Of a DNA stretch of 64,000 nucleotides, positions 11,315 through 21,349 are shown one piece after another. The notes under the pieces were generated by a model. That model saw only the letters and a list, made by a program, of their open reading frames with translations. It was not told the DNA's origin and did not search any database. This DNA comes from Amoebophrya sp. A120 (taxonomy: Eukaryota > Protista > Dinoflagellata), in NCBI GenBank assembly GCA_905178155.1, contig CAJINV010000011.1, forward strand, positions 1,317,593 through 1,381,592. The letters run 5' to 3'. Numbering within the stretch: position 1 is the first letter of the stretch; every line of letters begins with the position of its first letter. Made by a program: the position numbers and the translations under genes.

Positions 11315-14300
11315 ATGGAAGTAATCGCCCCCCTTCTCTCGCAACCGGATGAACGGCGAGAAGCGCGTCTTCTCGGCCTGTTTCACCTCCTCCAGGACCA
11401 GGCCACCCAATTTTCCTCCGAGGCCTGGGCGAAGTTCCTTCGCCCCAAAGTCCTCGGCGCGCCGCTGCAGTACGGGCCGAGTTCGGTCGACGCGAGTAGT
11501 GGGAGTTGTATCACCATCATCGCCTTACTGCTCCGAGCGGACAAGGCGCGCAGGCAGTACGATCTACGAACGAGTTCTCTGTTCAACTGTTTGGTGGATT
11601 TAGGGATGTTGAAACGTCGAAGGAGAGAGAAAGAAGCTGGTACTTCTACAGCTGCGGGGGTCCCAAACAAAGTCTCGACAACAACCGATGCGCAGAAAAA
11701 AGAGCAGCAGGAGCGGCTGGGGAAGCTTGTGGAGGCGGTCACAACCGAGAAAATTCCAGGGTATCTCCTTGGAAACAATGGCAGCCTGACCACGAAAGTG
11801 CTTGACACCCGCGCAGCTGTTGTCGCAAAAAATAAAGATGGTCGCGGCGCGACTACTTCAACTTCTACTGGCGTTGCAAATAAACGGAATCAGAAGGACG
11901 GTGACCCCACCAAAGAAAGCTCTGCCGCCGCCGAGGACGACAATAGTACCATATCCGATGTGGAAAACTATGTCAATGGAATCGTTGAGGAATCCGTTCC
12001 TGCTGATACACGTACACATCCAACATCGAGCAAAGGACTACAAAGCTCCTCGTCGGCCGTGTCATCAAATACGAAAACCAGGAGAAACAAGCAAATCCAA
12101 CTTCTGTCGGAGGCTTTTTCTGACCTCAATCCTTTCTCGTCTGCCACGCAGCCCGAAAAGACCCTGTTTGACTTGCGCGAAAAGCACGAGTTCTTTATGC
12201 GTGAGTACGAACTTTTCGCACAGAGATCTACTACTACGACGGGTAATATTGATGCGTCTTCGTCTTCCACCCCGCAGCTGGTGTCAAGACTGAAGGGTCA
12301 GAAAGCTCTCAAGGTCGCCCTCTACGTCGGGAATGCGTTCGACGAGCTGTTAGTGGACGAAGAGTTGTATCCACTGTAAAAGTATCGTACTTGTACGTCG
12401 GTACAATTTCCGGGACTATGACAAATCTAGTTTGTTACAATCACCTAAATCAGGAGGATGATCACAAATGCTTCGTAGTTGTATTTGTTCCTTCTCCTGC
12501 AAAAATTCAAATTTGTAAAATGCAATTTGTTGTACATGTACTAGTACGGTACAATACTTTTGCAATCTGCATAAGCTGCGGAGTACACGACCTACGACTT
12601 CATCGCCAACATCGCAACAGCCTCAGTTGCTGAAAAGGAAGGACAAGCCCGTCTCGACATCACCAGGACCATCATCAATTTCCGGATCTACTTCTACTTC
12701 AGAAGTCACATCATCCTGTACCTGCGGTCCGGTGCAATGGGAACAAGAAATTTCTGCGTGTGATTATACTGAAAATCTTCTTGTAAGCTCCTCTTGTGGT
12801 GAAGCAAGTAGAGCACCCGGCGGAGGTCTTCTTTGTTCTCCGAGGAACCAGCCATTGTACGCGTTCGAGCGGAAGCTGACTTCCACTTCCCCCGACGAGG
12901 TTCTTGCAAAGTATCCTGTGCAAAAGTATCGTGCTCGTAGTAATTGCAATCATGCGTTACAAATTTTTTTCTCAACGCAAATCCGCATCACAAATTTCAT
13001 TTCTCATGCTGAGGCATGAATTTGTCATGCATTTATACGAGTACGATACTTTTGCAATTCATACGAAGGAGAGACAAACGAACTTCCTCGCGTTTGTCGC
13101 CCAGATGGAGATGGTTTACCGGACGCGCGGTCTGTTTTCCGATGTGGAAGTGGTGTCCGCGAACCGTTTGCAATTCCTGCACCGATGCGACGTCGTGGTC
13201 ATCCTCAGTACCGATAACTGGCCCAAAGTACAGCGGATGCTCGCGACGAGAAGTAGTTTACCGCAGTTGATCTTTGCCGTCGGGAGCCCAGTGAAAGAAC
13301 AAGCGACTGCTGACTTCTTTTCATCTGTCAGTGCTGGGAGCATTAGCAGCAGTGGTCTTGACGCGGCCAAGCGGAGCCAAATTTATTTTTCCCACGATAG
13401 TAAAAAAATGGAAATCGATAGCGAAAGCAATGCTAGTTTTCCGAAAGATGGGATCGAGCGGCAAGCGCAAAGCGTCTTCACGCCACTAGCTGCAGCAAGC
13501 CGTGAAGATGTGACTGCAGATGAGAGCACGTCCTCTGCGCTTGTGTCAACATCATCTCTTACCGCCTCGTCCTCCGACATGATCACTTTCTCAATATGCA
13601 TTGCAAAAGGCTCGTACTAGTCACGTAGAGATCGCACTACAAAAAAAAAGCTGCAATTTGTAATGCTGATTTATTCCCCGAGACCACAGATCTGCCACGA
13701 TGTCGATGACTGCGATTGGTACGGTTTTTGATCGGTACAACACTTTTGCAATGCATGTTGAACCAAGCCCGTCTATCTCCGTCTGGGTCACGTCATCCTC
13801 GACTACCGCACTTCCGTCCGCGCCCGCGGCCGCTACAGTTGGAAGAAGCAGCAGAAACTGCAGAAGCGCAAGGAGGACGCCGAGAAGCTGGTTTCAAACG
13901 TGCAGAACTGGGTGACCAGCCGGCAGCAGTCGCGGGAGCAAGCCTTGGCGCAGATGAAACGAACCCGGGAAGCCAGACGCGAGCGCAGACTCGGGCGGAC
14001 GAGCTTGTCGATGCACTCGCCCGCGCACGTGCGGGACGCTTTCGAGGAGGATAGCTTGCCGGGGGAAAGTGAGGAAGAGGACGAGGAGAAATACAGCCGA
14101 CGTGGTCCTCCTCGAGCAGGGTCGACGTCGTTCTTGCAAGAAGGAGAAAACACAACCACCACCACACCAGCGGCCCCTGCTGCTGACCACTCTCCTTCGA
14201 CAGCTGCGGAGCAGTCCGATTTGTTGTTGGGCCAGAGTCTGCTGGTTGCGAACGCGTTGAAAGCACAGCACGGGGGAGCAGTAGCTCTTGCAGAAGTAGA

Positions 14301-16659
14301 AGGAGTAGCAGAAAGTAGAACAGGACAATCACTATCACATCAATCAGCGGATGTTGAACAAGCTATTTTACTATCTCCAGCCCCATCAACATCTTCCAGG
14401 GGCCGTGAGGTTTCCCGCCCCACGACCACATTGACCCGGACTCGCACCCTATCCGACCGTGCGTTGAGCACACTGGAGAAAGAGCGTCGCAGGACCAGCT
14501 TCGAGCTGCGGAAGCGGGCTCGCGCGAATGCGTCCAAGAGGAACAGGACGTCGGGCAACGCCGCACATCAAGGACAGGAGGGCGAATTTGCATCCTCCGC
14601 TCCAGATGAAATAACCGGGTCTGCAGCTCTGGTGTGTCGTGAAAATAACACTTACCCTGCCGGTTTCGACATGAGCCCGGTCGCATACCCTCCGGATAAC
14701 ATTTTCAACGTCGGGACAAATAAAACAGCAGCGAACAGAACCAAAAGATCAACTTCTTTGCGGGACGAGCATGACCGATTCTCGTCGCGAACCTCGAACG
14801 GCAGTGATGCTACGTCGTTTTCATCTACTTCCGCAGGTAGAGCCGCGAACTATATGAGTAGCTATCAGGGAAAAATCGAGGCCTCGCGGGAACTTGCGAT
14901 CGCACAATTATCGGACCGGGAGCTCGAATGCGAGTCGGAGCTGTCATCTGCGGACGTTACCGAGGATGAGTCCGTTGAAGATCGTCCGGCGCAACCCCAA
15001 AAATCGCCTCCGTCTTTCCTCGAACGGATCGGGTTGTCTCCAGCGCAGTCTTATCAACCGCAAATATGTTGTCTGGGTCTGGAAGTAGTAGAATGCTGGG
15101 TTTGCGTTTGTTGTCAAGATGCTTGGCTCACATGACTCTTAAATGTCGTGTAATGCGTGAGCAGGAAAACGAAAAAAGTCTTCTTGTCATGCAAAAATGC
15201 CAGATCCAGACGAGACTACATATTTGCAAAATTGCATAAGTCTTGTGGGAAGCGGCGCGGGTCGTGCGGGCGGCGGAAAGAAGACGGAATAAAGAACAAA
15301 GCTGATATTATCGCATCAGCATCACCTTCACTACCCGGCTCTGCTACTTCGCGACCATCACCGTCAACATCTACTACGTCACGACAGCACGACAGTCGGA
15401 CTGTGAAGAAAAAGAAATCGACGCGGATATTATCCTCACGGGGGGCTTCCAGAGAAGAGAACGGCTCTAGTGCTGCGCCCGTTGGTCTTGGAGCACAACA
15501 TCAAAGCGGCACGGCCATTGTCGGACAACAAAGCGATGGAAGTCAAGAGCTGGAGGGAAAGAATGCAGTCGAGATCAACAGTTTTCCGCAAAGCCAAAAT
15601 CCCGACGACCTGCGTCTCCACTGGATTTCGGCGGAGGATCTGATCGACGTGATCTTTTTCCTCATTGCGAACCCGAAGAGCGCAGGAGGAATATCAAGAA
15701 GGCTCGACGTAGTTCCTGGTGCGCAAAAAAAGAACAAGAACGAGAACAGTACTTCTAGCTACAACAAAGGACAACCAGGAGAATCTCCATGGGAGATTTT
15801 CAACGCGGTGGCGCCGGACGGGGGCATTCAGTTCGACGAAAGGACCGCAATCGCCACGGAGGCGGTATTTTATCCGGAGTACCACGAAAGCCTGATTGCT
15901 TCCTCCCCGAGCACCTTCCTCCACGACGGGGCAGCGGCGCAGAGGCAGCAGTTCTGCGTCGCTTGGAACGAGGTTGTGGCGGGGGAGATGAAGCTGTTGA
16001 ACAATACAACTCTGGAGCAGCAGAAAAATCCAAGAGGACAACGACTACGCGACGATCGTCCTCTACAGGAGCTTCGCTCTCCCCCCGCTAGCCTGCCCTT
16101 CTACTCCACCGCAAACAACTCGTCGAGTAGTATGCACGCACGAACTACCAAAACGACCTCCAGCAGCGCCGCCAGCACGCCGCGCAGCTACACTTCATCT
16201 TCCACGCCCGCACTTCTGAAGATGCCAGGGAATAGCGTGGTTTCTTGGGTTGGCGGTGTGGTAGCTCCTTTTCTACCCGTTTCGGTGATCAAGACGGTTC
16301 GGGACGCGGTCGACGAGTTGGGACCGGTTTGTTCATCTGCGGGAGTTGTACATCGTCAAGGCCGTTCTTCTCCATTTATTTCCGCGAACGCCTTGCAGCA
16401 GCACAATGAAGCAGAGAGCACTCCTGGTTCGGAGGGTCCAGGGCGAGCATTTTCGCCAACATTTTCCAGTACGACCGGATCCGCGCCTAGTACTGCTGAG
16501 TACCAGCAGTATGAGTATTATTGTGCGGCCTCAAACAGCAATCCGATACTTCTGCACCCGCTGCTGGCGCCGTATTACAGTGTGAAAACGAACGCCGTCC
16601 GTCCGCAAAAACTGTTGTCTATGGGGTACGTATTTCACGATGTCGATTTCAATGAATAG
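11315..16659 (+). CDS. SDR39U1/YfcH (TIGR01777)-like NAD-dependent epimerase-family protein with long low-complexity insertions and N-terminal extension
   Basis: Five ORF pieces join in frame across 4 introners. Family-like motifs occur in order: RCDVVVILS, PVYLRLGHVIL, LHWISAEDLIDVIFFLI, IFNAVAP, C-terminal NAVRPQKLLSMGYVF (DUF1731-like). Confidence 0.6.
12368..12573. mobile_element. Introner family A (diverged)
   Basis: TATCCACTGTAAAAGTATCGTAC...GTACAATACTTTTGCAATCTGCATA, DR AGTTG/AGCTG. Removing 211 nt links ORF 11315 to the frame of ORF 12627. Confidence 0.85.
12912..13063. mobile_element. Introner family A (reverse orientation relative to 2808/32267)
   Basis: TATCCTGTGCAAAAGTATCG...CGATACTTTTGCAATTCATA, DR CAAAG/CGAAG. 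Removing 157 nt gives DEVLAK|ERQTNFL. Confidence 0.92.
13595..13757. mobile_element. Introner family A (diverged)
   Basis: TATGCATTGCAAAAG...CTTTTGCAATGCATG, DR CTCAA/TTGAA. Removing 168 nt gives MITFS|TKPVYLRLG. Confidence 0.85.
15052..15238. mobile_element. Introner family B (variant TIR)
   Basis: TATCAACCGCAAATATGTTGTCTGGGTCTGGA...TCCAGACGAGACTACATATTTGCAAAATTGCATA, DR AGTCT/AGTCT. Removing 192 nt keeps the frame. Confidence 0.88.
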
Positions 16660-17429
16660 AAGCCTGTTCCTGTACGAAGATTTTTCTAACGTTAACGGGA
16701 CAAAATAAACATCAGCGCAAAGTGGCTTGGATAGAACAATCCATGGCACATAGTCGCTTTTTCATGGCACGGCTACAAGTCGTGAATGGAAAGAGTGATC
16801 CGGCAGCACTCTGCAGGTGGGGTCGCTCGTGGTTCATGGCCGCTTCGCGTTCTCTGTTTGTTTATCGCGGATCAGTTTGATTTCCTAGATCGCTGCGGCC
16901 AGAGCCACACGTCGTGTTGACGAGATCCGAGGAGTGAAACTATACGCTTTAGAGGAATAAACAAGTAGCTGAAGATCATTGCAATTACTGTACTATTCAA
17001 CAAAAAACGCATGGATTCTGATACCGTTACTGATTCTTCAACACTACTTAGAATCAACTCCGATTGGCGCATATACGGGTCGGCCGTTTCTTTTTCCAGC
17101 ACGCTATATGTCCGCACTTTTTGTCGTCCCCACTCCTGACAGACCGCGATTTTTATGTGAGTCATTTGATGACGCAGAGGAATTCTATGCAGTTCTAATT
17201 CTTTATGATTCAGTTTGATTTTTGCTCGGAAAGTAAGAACTCAAAGGCGGTGTCTTTTACGGCGAATCCGAAAGCTAAACTTCCGACTCATCCATTTCTT
17301 CAAGCGGTTGCCTCGCGCTGCCGTTGTCCTTGGCTCCACAGAAAATCAAACTTGATCTTTGCGCCGAATAAATAACTTCCTATGCTACTTTCTCAACCTC
17401 CTGTTTCAGTTCCTTTATCCTGATTCAGA

Positions 17430-19647
17430 ATGCCAGCGTCGACGACCGCAGCTGCGCACTCGGCAAAAAAGGGCAGCACTGGTCTACCGAAAAATGGTTC
17501 TGCGACCACGACAAGCAGCGGCTGCCTGCGCACCATCCGGATTCGCAACTTGAGTGGCACAAAAGTCGTCGAAAAGCTCGTGGACCCATCGAAGGTCTTA
17601 ACCGTTGCCGACCTGTGTGCGCACGACATCATCGCGGACGCCATCGACGTATGAATTGCAAAAGTATAATCCGTACTAGCTATAGATCGAATGACAAGTT
17701 TCGCCAAGAGGAAAAATGGCGTTTGTGAAGCTGGAGAAGGAGGTATTGATATTCAAAATAGATATCTGTGGTCAGGCATAACTGCAATCACTTTCTCTAC
17801 GAGTTCGAGTGCGATACTTTTGCAAAGGATACGACGCAGACCAGTTGCTACCGCCGGTGCATCGTTTACAGTGGCTGCAAATTACGTTAGAGGAAACCTC
17901 CGCGGACGAGAATTATGACGATGCCCAGCCCCAGGATCCAGGCGCTGCTGAGCAAGAACATGAGCACCCAGAGACTTTTCTGGACCGTAAGACACCAATC
18001 GATTACGGAGATGTTGATGGCGGGTTATCGACAGCTGCTGGATGCGAGAAGTCCTCCTCGAAAACACCAGTTCCATCGTTTCAGTTCGTCATCACACCTC
18101 CCGAGTTTAGCGTGGCCCAACTGACAAATGGTAAATCGGTGGAGGAATTCGAGCGGTCGGATCCGTATTTTCGCTTTGAAGAGTTTTTCGCAAGTTTCAC
18201 TCTGGAGCAGGCCCGTTCCTTTGTGTACGACCGCAGTTGGGAGCTGATTGACGCCATGAATTTGAAAGACGAGACGAAGGACAGTGCCCGCAACTCCCTT
18301 CCGGATACGTGGTTGCCCTGTGGGACCACGGCGCTAGTACCGAAAGATGAACGTGCGGACCCGTACGAGGTACTGCATCATCTCGCTGGAATCGAAAGCC
18401 AAATAGCCCTGTTCGTCAGCTTGTTGACGGCCATCTTTGAGTTACCAGAAACGGAATGGAACAAGCACGAGAGGCTCTCGGGGGGAAAGTACTTTGCCTG
18501 GGCGCGACGCGACCGCTATTGCCGAAAGCTGCGGGTTCAGTTCTTTCACCACGGGGACAATCTTCAGCCCGACTGGAATTTTTGCAGCGATGAACACTGG
18601 ACAGACAAGCGCCGCGAAGCAGCTCAGGCGGAGCTCGGCAAAAAGATCTTCCGATTTTCTAACCTGGGCGGACAGGCTGCGGCAAAAGAAATCGGAGTCG
18701 TTGTGATGAATTCGTGGCGGGCTACAAACTTTCTGCGAGTTTATGACGCCGAGGTAGAGCTTGCTTTCCGTCTCACCATGGAAGACTTGGCCGCCCAGTC
18801 AACGAAGACGATGAAGGAGAACGAGGAAGGTGCAGCAGGAACTACTTTGCTTGGTGAACAACCAGACAAAAAGCCTCTACTTCAAGATGAACCAGTAAAT
18901 AAACCGGAACGAACTGAACTGGAAGAGTTCTGCAGGGCATTGGAGTTCGAGCTGAGTCGCGAGCAAATCGCCTTGAAGTGGCAGGAAGCAGCCCGAAACT
19001 ACGCGAATTCAAACCTGTGGGCCGACGCCGCAGCAGGGGCAGCCGAATACCTCGCGAACCCAGGCACCGAATGGGAGGGCGACGAGGATTCGCCGCCCAC
19101 AATCGACGACTACAAGGCGCATTACCGTGAGGAGCACCGAGGAGTTGTGAAGTACCTTAATCGATACATCGAGCCGGGCCTGGAATCCCTCGAACCGCTC
19201 CTCCGTGCCCTGATTCAGCCGCACGTTAAGCAACGCGACGTTGGAGTTGTGGGAGAAAACAAGGGCAAGAAGAAAAAGGCGGCAGCAAGTGTCGTTCCTC
19301 CTCCTCCTCCTCCAGTGTACGTGCACGACTTCGAACCGCTTATCAGCGACATCCTCGAGCTCGCCGAGGTCTGCTACCTGGAACCGCGCAACACAATTCT
19401 GCACGAGCTCGGGATTCCGCAGAACTTCCGGAAGACCCTCGAGGAGAAGTACGGGGACCAGCTACCGCTGCCCTGGAGTGGAGTGGAACACCACTGGGCT
19501 GTGGAAGAGGGAGAATCGGTATACGTTCTTCTAAGTAGTTCTTTATCGGCCAGATTAAGACAGGTGGAAGCGTTTGCTGACGACGAGGAGAATGTGGATG
19601 CCTATTTGTGTGCATGTTGTGGATTACCAGCATACAACCATACGTAA
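17430..19647 (+). CDS. Unknown-family protein, paralog 1 of 3 (ubiquitin-like N-terminus); may extend to 20620 by splicing
   Basis: ORFs 17430 and 17809 join across introner 17650-17831. Shares LRxIRIxN, VDPxKVxTVxDL, DQLLPPxHRLxWL, PSFQFV, LGIPQ and PLPW with ORFs 21350 and 25246. Confidence 0.85.
17650..17831. mobile_element. Introner family A; insertion site is empty in both paralogs
   Basis: TATGAATTGCAAAAGTAT...GATACTTTTGCAAAGGATA, DR CGACG/CGACG. Removing 187 nt gives HDIIADAIDADQLLPP, colinear with HDIIRSAFGEDQLLPP. Confidence 0.95.
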
Positions 19648-19843
19648 CAACCTGCCAGTAGTATCTATGTATTAGTGTAGTTTACAAAGAGGAAGCAAAG
19701 CTACTTACGACATCAACATAGTGCTATGAATACTTGCGCGCAGTTATAAAGAGCACCATTTTGCAATTTCATCGACATTTTCGTATAAGGCATTATATTG
19801 TTGCAACTGATTCTTGAAAATGAATATGAAATTCAAATTACAG

Positions 19844-20620
19844 GATAATCTCGACGGCATTGGCAGTTTTTCGGACGAGTTACTCAATATAATCCCCCAG
19901 CAGCTTCCGGAGCCGGCCCAAATGAAGAAGATGCAGACTACGAGAATGAAAATAGCGGGAAAGGCAAAGCAGCCTTGTGCCATGAAGAAATCTTCCGCTG
20001 CGGAGGCGGGGCCCTTTGCAGTAACGATGGAGAAGCAAAAACAAAATCGGGAAAAACCGAAAGGCAAAACTGCCGCAGTGAAGAAGAAAACCAAAGCGGT
20101 AGCAATGGCCAAGGCCACCGCAATGAAAGAGAAAGTTGAGAAAAAGGAAAAGGCTGCTGCTGCCGCACCTCGAGGAACTGAAAGCACCAAGAACAAGAAG
20201 AAGAGCAGCAGTAAAAATAAAAAAGACACGTCTTGTTCGTCTTCTGCGGTCGTGAAGAAGGCAGCTAGAAGTGCGTTGAAGAAAAAGTCGCCGGGTAGTA
20301 TGAAAAAGTCGGCGTCCGGAATGAAGAAAATTTCCGCTAGGGCAGCAAAAGTATCCAACAAGTCTGTCGCCGCAGGGAAAAAATCGAACAAGAAGACGTC
20401 GATGAAGCAAACACCTTTGAGCACTGCAGGCGCAGGTGGAGGTACCAAGGGTAAAAAGTGCGCTAAGTCTTCAGACTCCGCAAAGAACGAGGGCAAGAAC
20501 GGAAACAAGAAGGAGCTCAACAGTACGAAGAAAAAGGTGTCGAAAAAGGAAGCCGCGCAGAAACAAAGAGCAGGTGGGGGGAAAGCGAAGAATGTCGCAG
20601 TGAAGAAGAAAAAGAAGTAA
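19844..20620 (+). CDS. Lys/Ala/Ser-rich, histone H1-tail-like basic region; probably a terminal exon
   Basis: About 260 codons of K-rich open frame ending KKKKK*, preceded by acceptor TTACAG at 19843. Phase 0 is compatible with donor GTATAC at 19519 in paralog 1. Confidence 0.6.
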   Translation, partial: DNLDGIGSFSDELLNIIPQQLPEPAQMKKMQTTRMKIAGKAKQPCAMKKSSAAEAGPFAVTMEKQKQNREKPKGKTAAVKKKTKAVAMAKATAMKEKVEKKEKAAAAAPRGTESTKNKKKSSSKNKKDTSCSSSAVVKKAARSALKKKSPGSMKKSASGMKKISARAAKVSNKSVAAGKKSNKKTSMKQTPLSTAGAGGGTKGKKCAKSSDSAKNEGKNGNKKELNSTKKKVSKKEAAQKQRAGGGKAKNVAVKKKKK

Positions 20621-21349
20621 AACGCTCCCTGTTGCTAAGATGACAGTGAATCAGGATAACATCAGAAAAGTACGATTAGGATAGCATACATAAGTTGTGA
20701 TTGGACTGAGAGGGGTCAAAGGTACTTTCTGCACGTGTGTGACCCGGTGCACCGAAGAGTAAAGGCCAGGGCACAGTTCACCATTACCGCTCTCACATGT
20801 TCGCTGCGGCAAGGAGGTCGTACGAAATCGTGTAGAGAAGTTTCGCATAATATGCACATTCACGTTGCTCGTACCACAGCAAGATAGAGGAGCATCATGA
20901 TCATCATCAGGAGTAGCACCACTCTGTTTCACATCTTCACAAAGAAAAGATGATCCGAAGGACCGGGATTTTTCCGTACGAACAGTATGTCGATCAAATA
21001 GAAGTAATTTTGATCGTTCATCTACTCGTCGTCGGTGCTAGTCGGCCACTCGAATAATTCAAATTCTTCGATATTTTGATTATACAGCGAAGTGTCGCCC
21101 GGTACATGTATAGTAGATGGTCTTGCGTTGATGTACTTGTATCAATCTTTTCTCTTTCTTCTGTGCTCGCTAGATCTTCCTGATAATTTCAACTTTGTTG
21201 GATTTTGTTGGTGTAATCTGTGATAACTTCATTGGGACAAGAAACTGAAACATCTGCTGGAGACCAAAGCATTACTTCTTTGCTTGAAGATTTTACAACT
21301 TTTTTCGTTTGACCGGGGAATTTTGATTTAGCACTCCCGAAAAGTAAAA

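Noticed and set aside
19844-20620. Dinoflagellate viral nucleoprotein (DVNP)
   Set aside because: It has MKK-type basic repeats, but I could not find the conserved DVNP core (KTxGGL...KNKxGKIVSKK).
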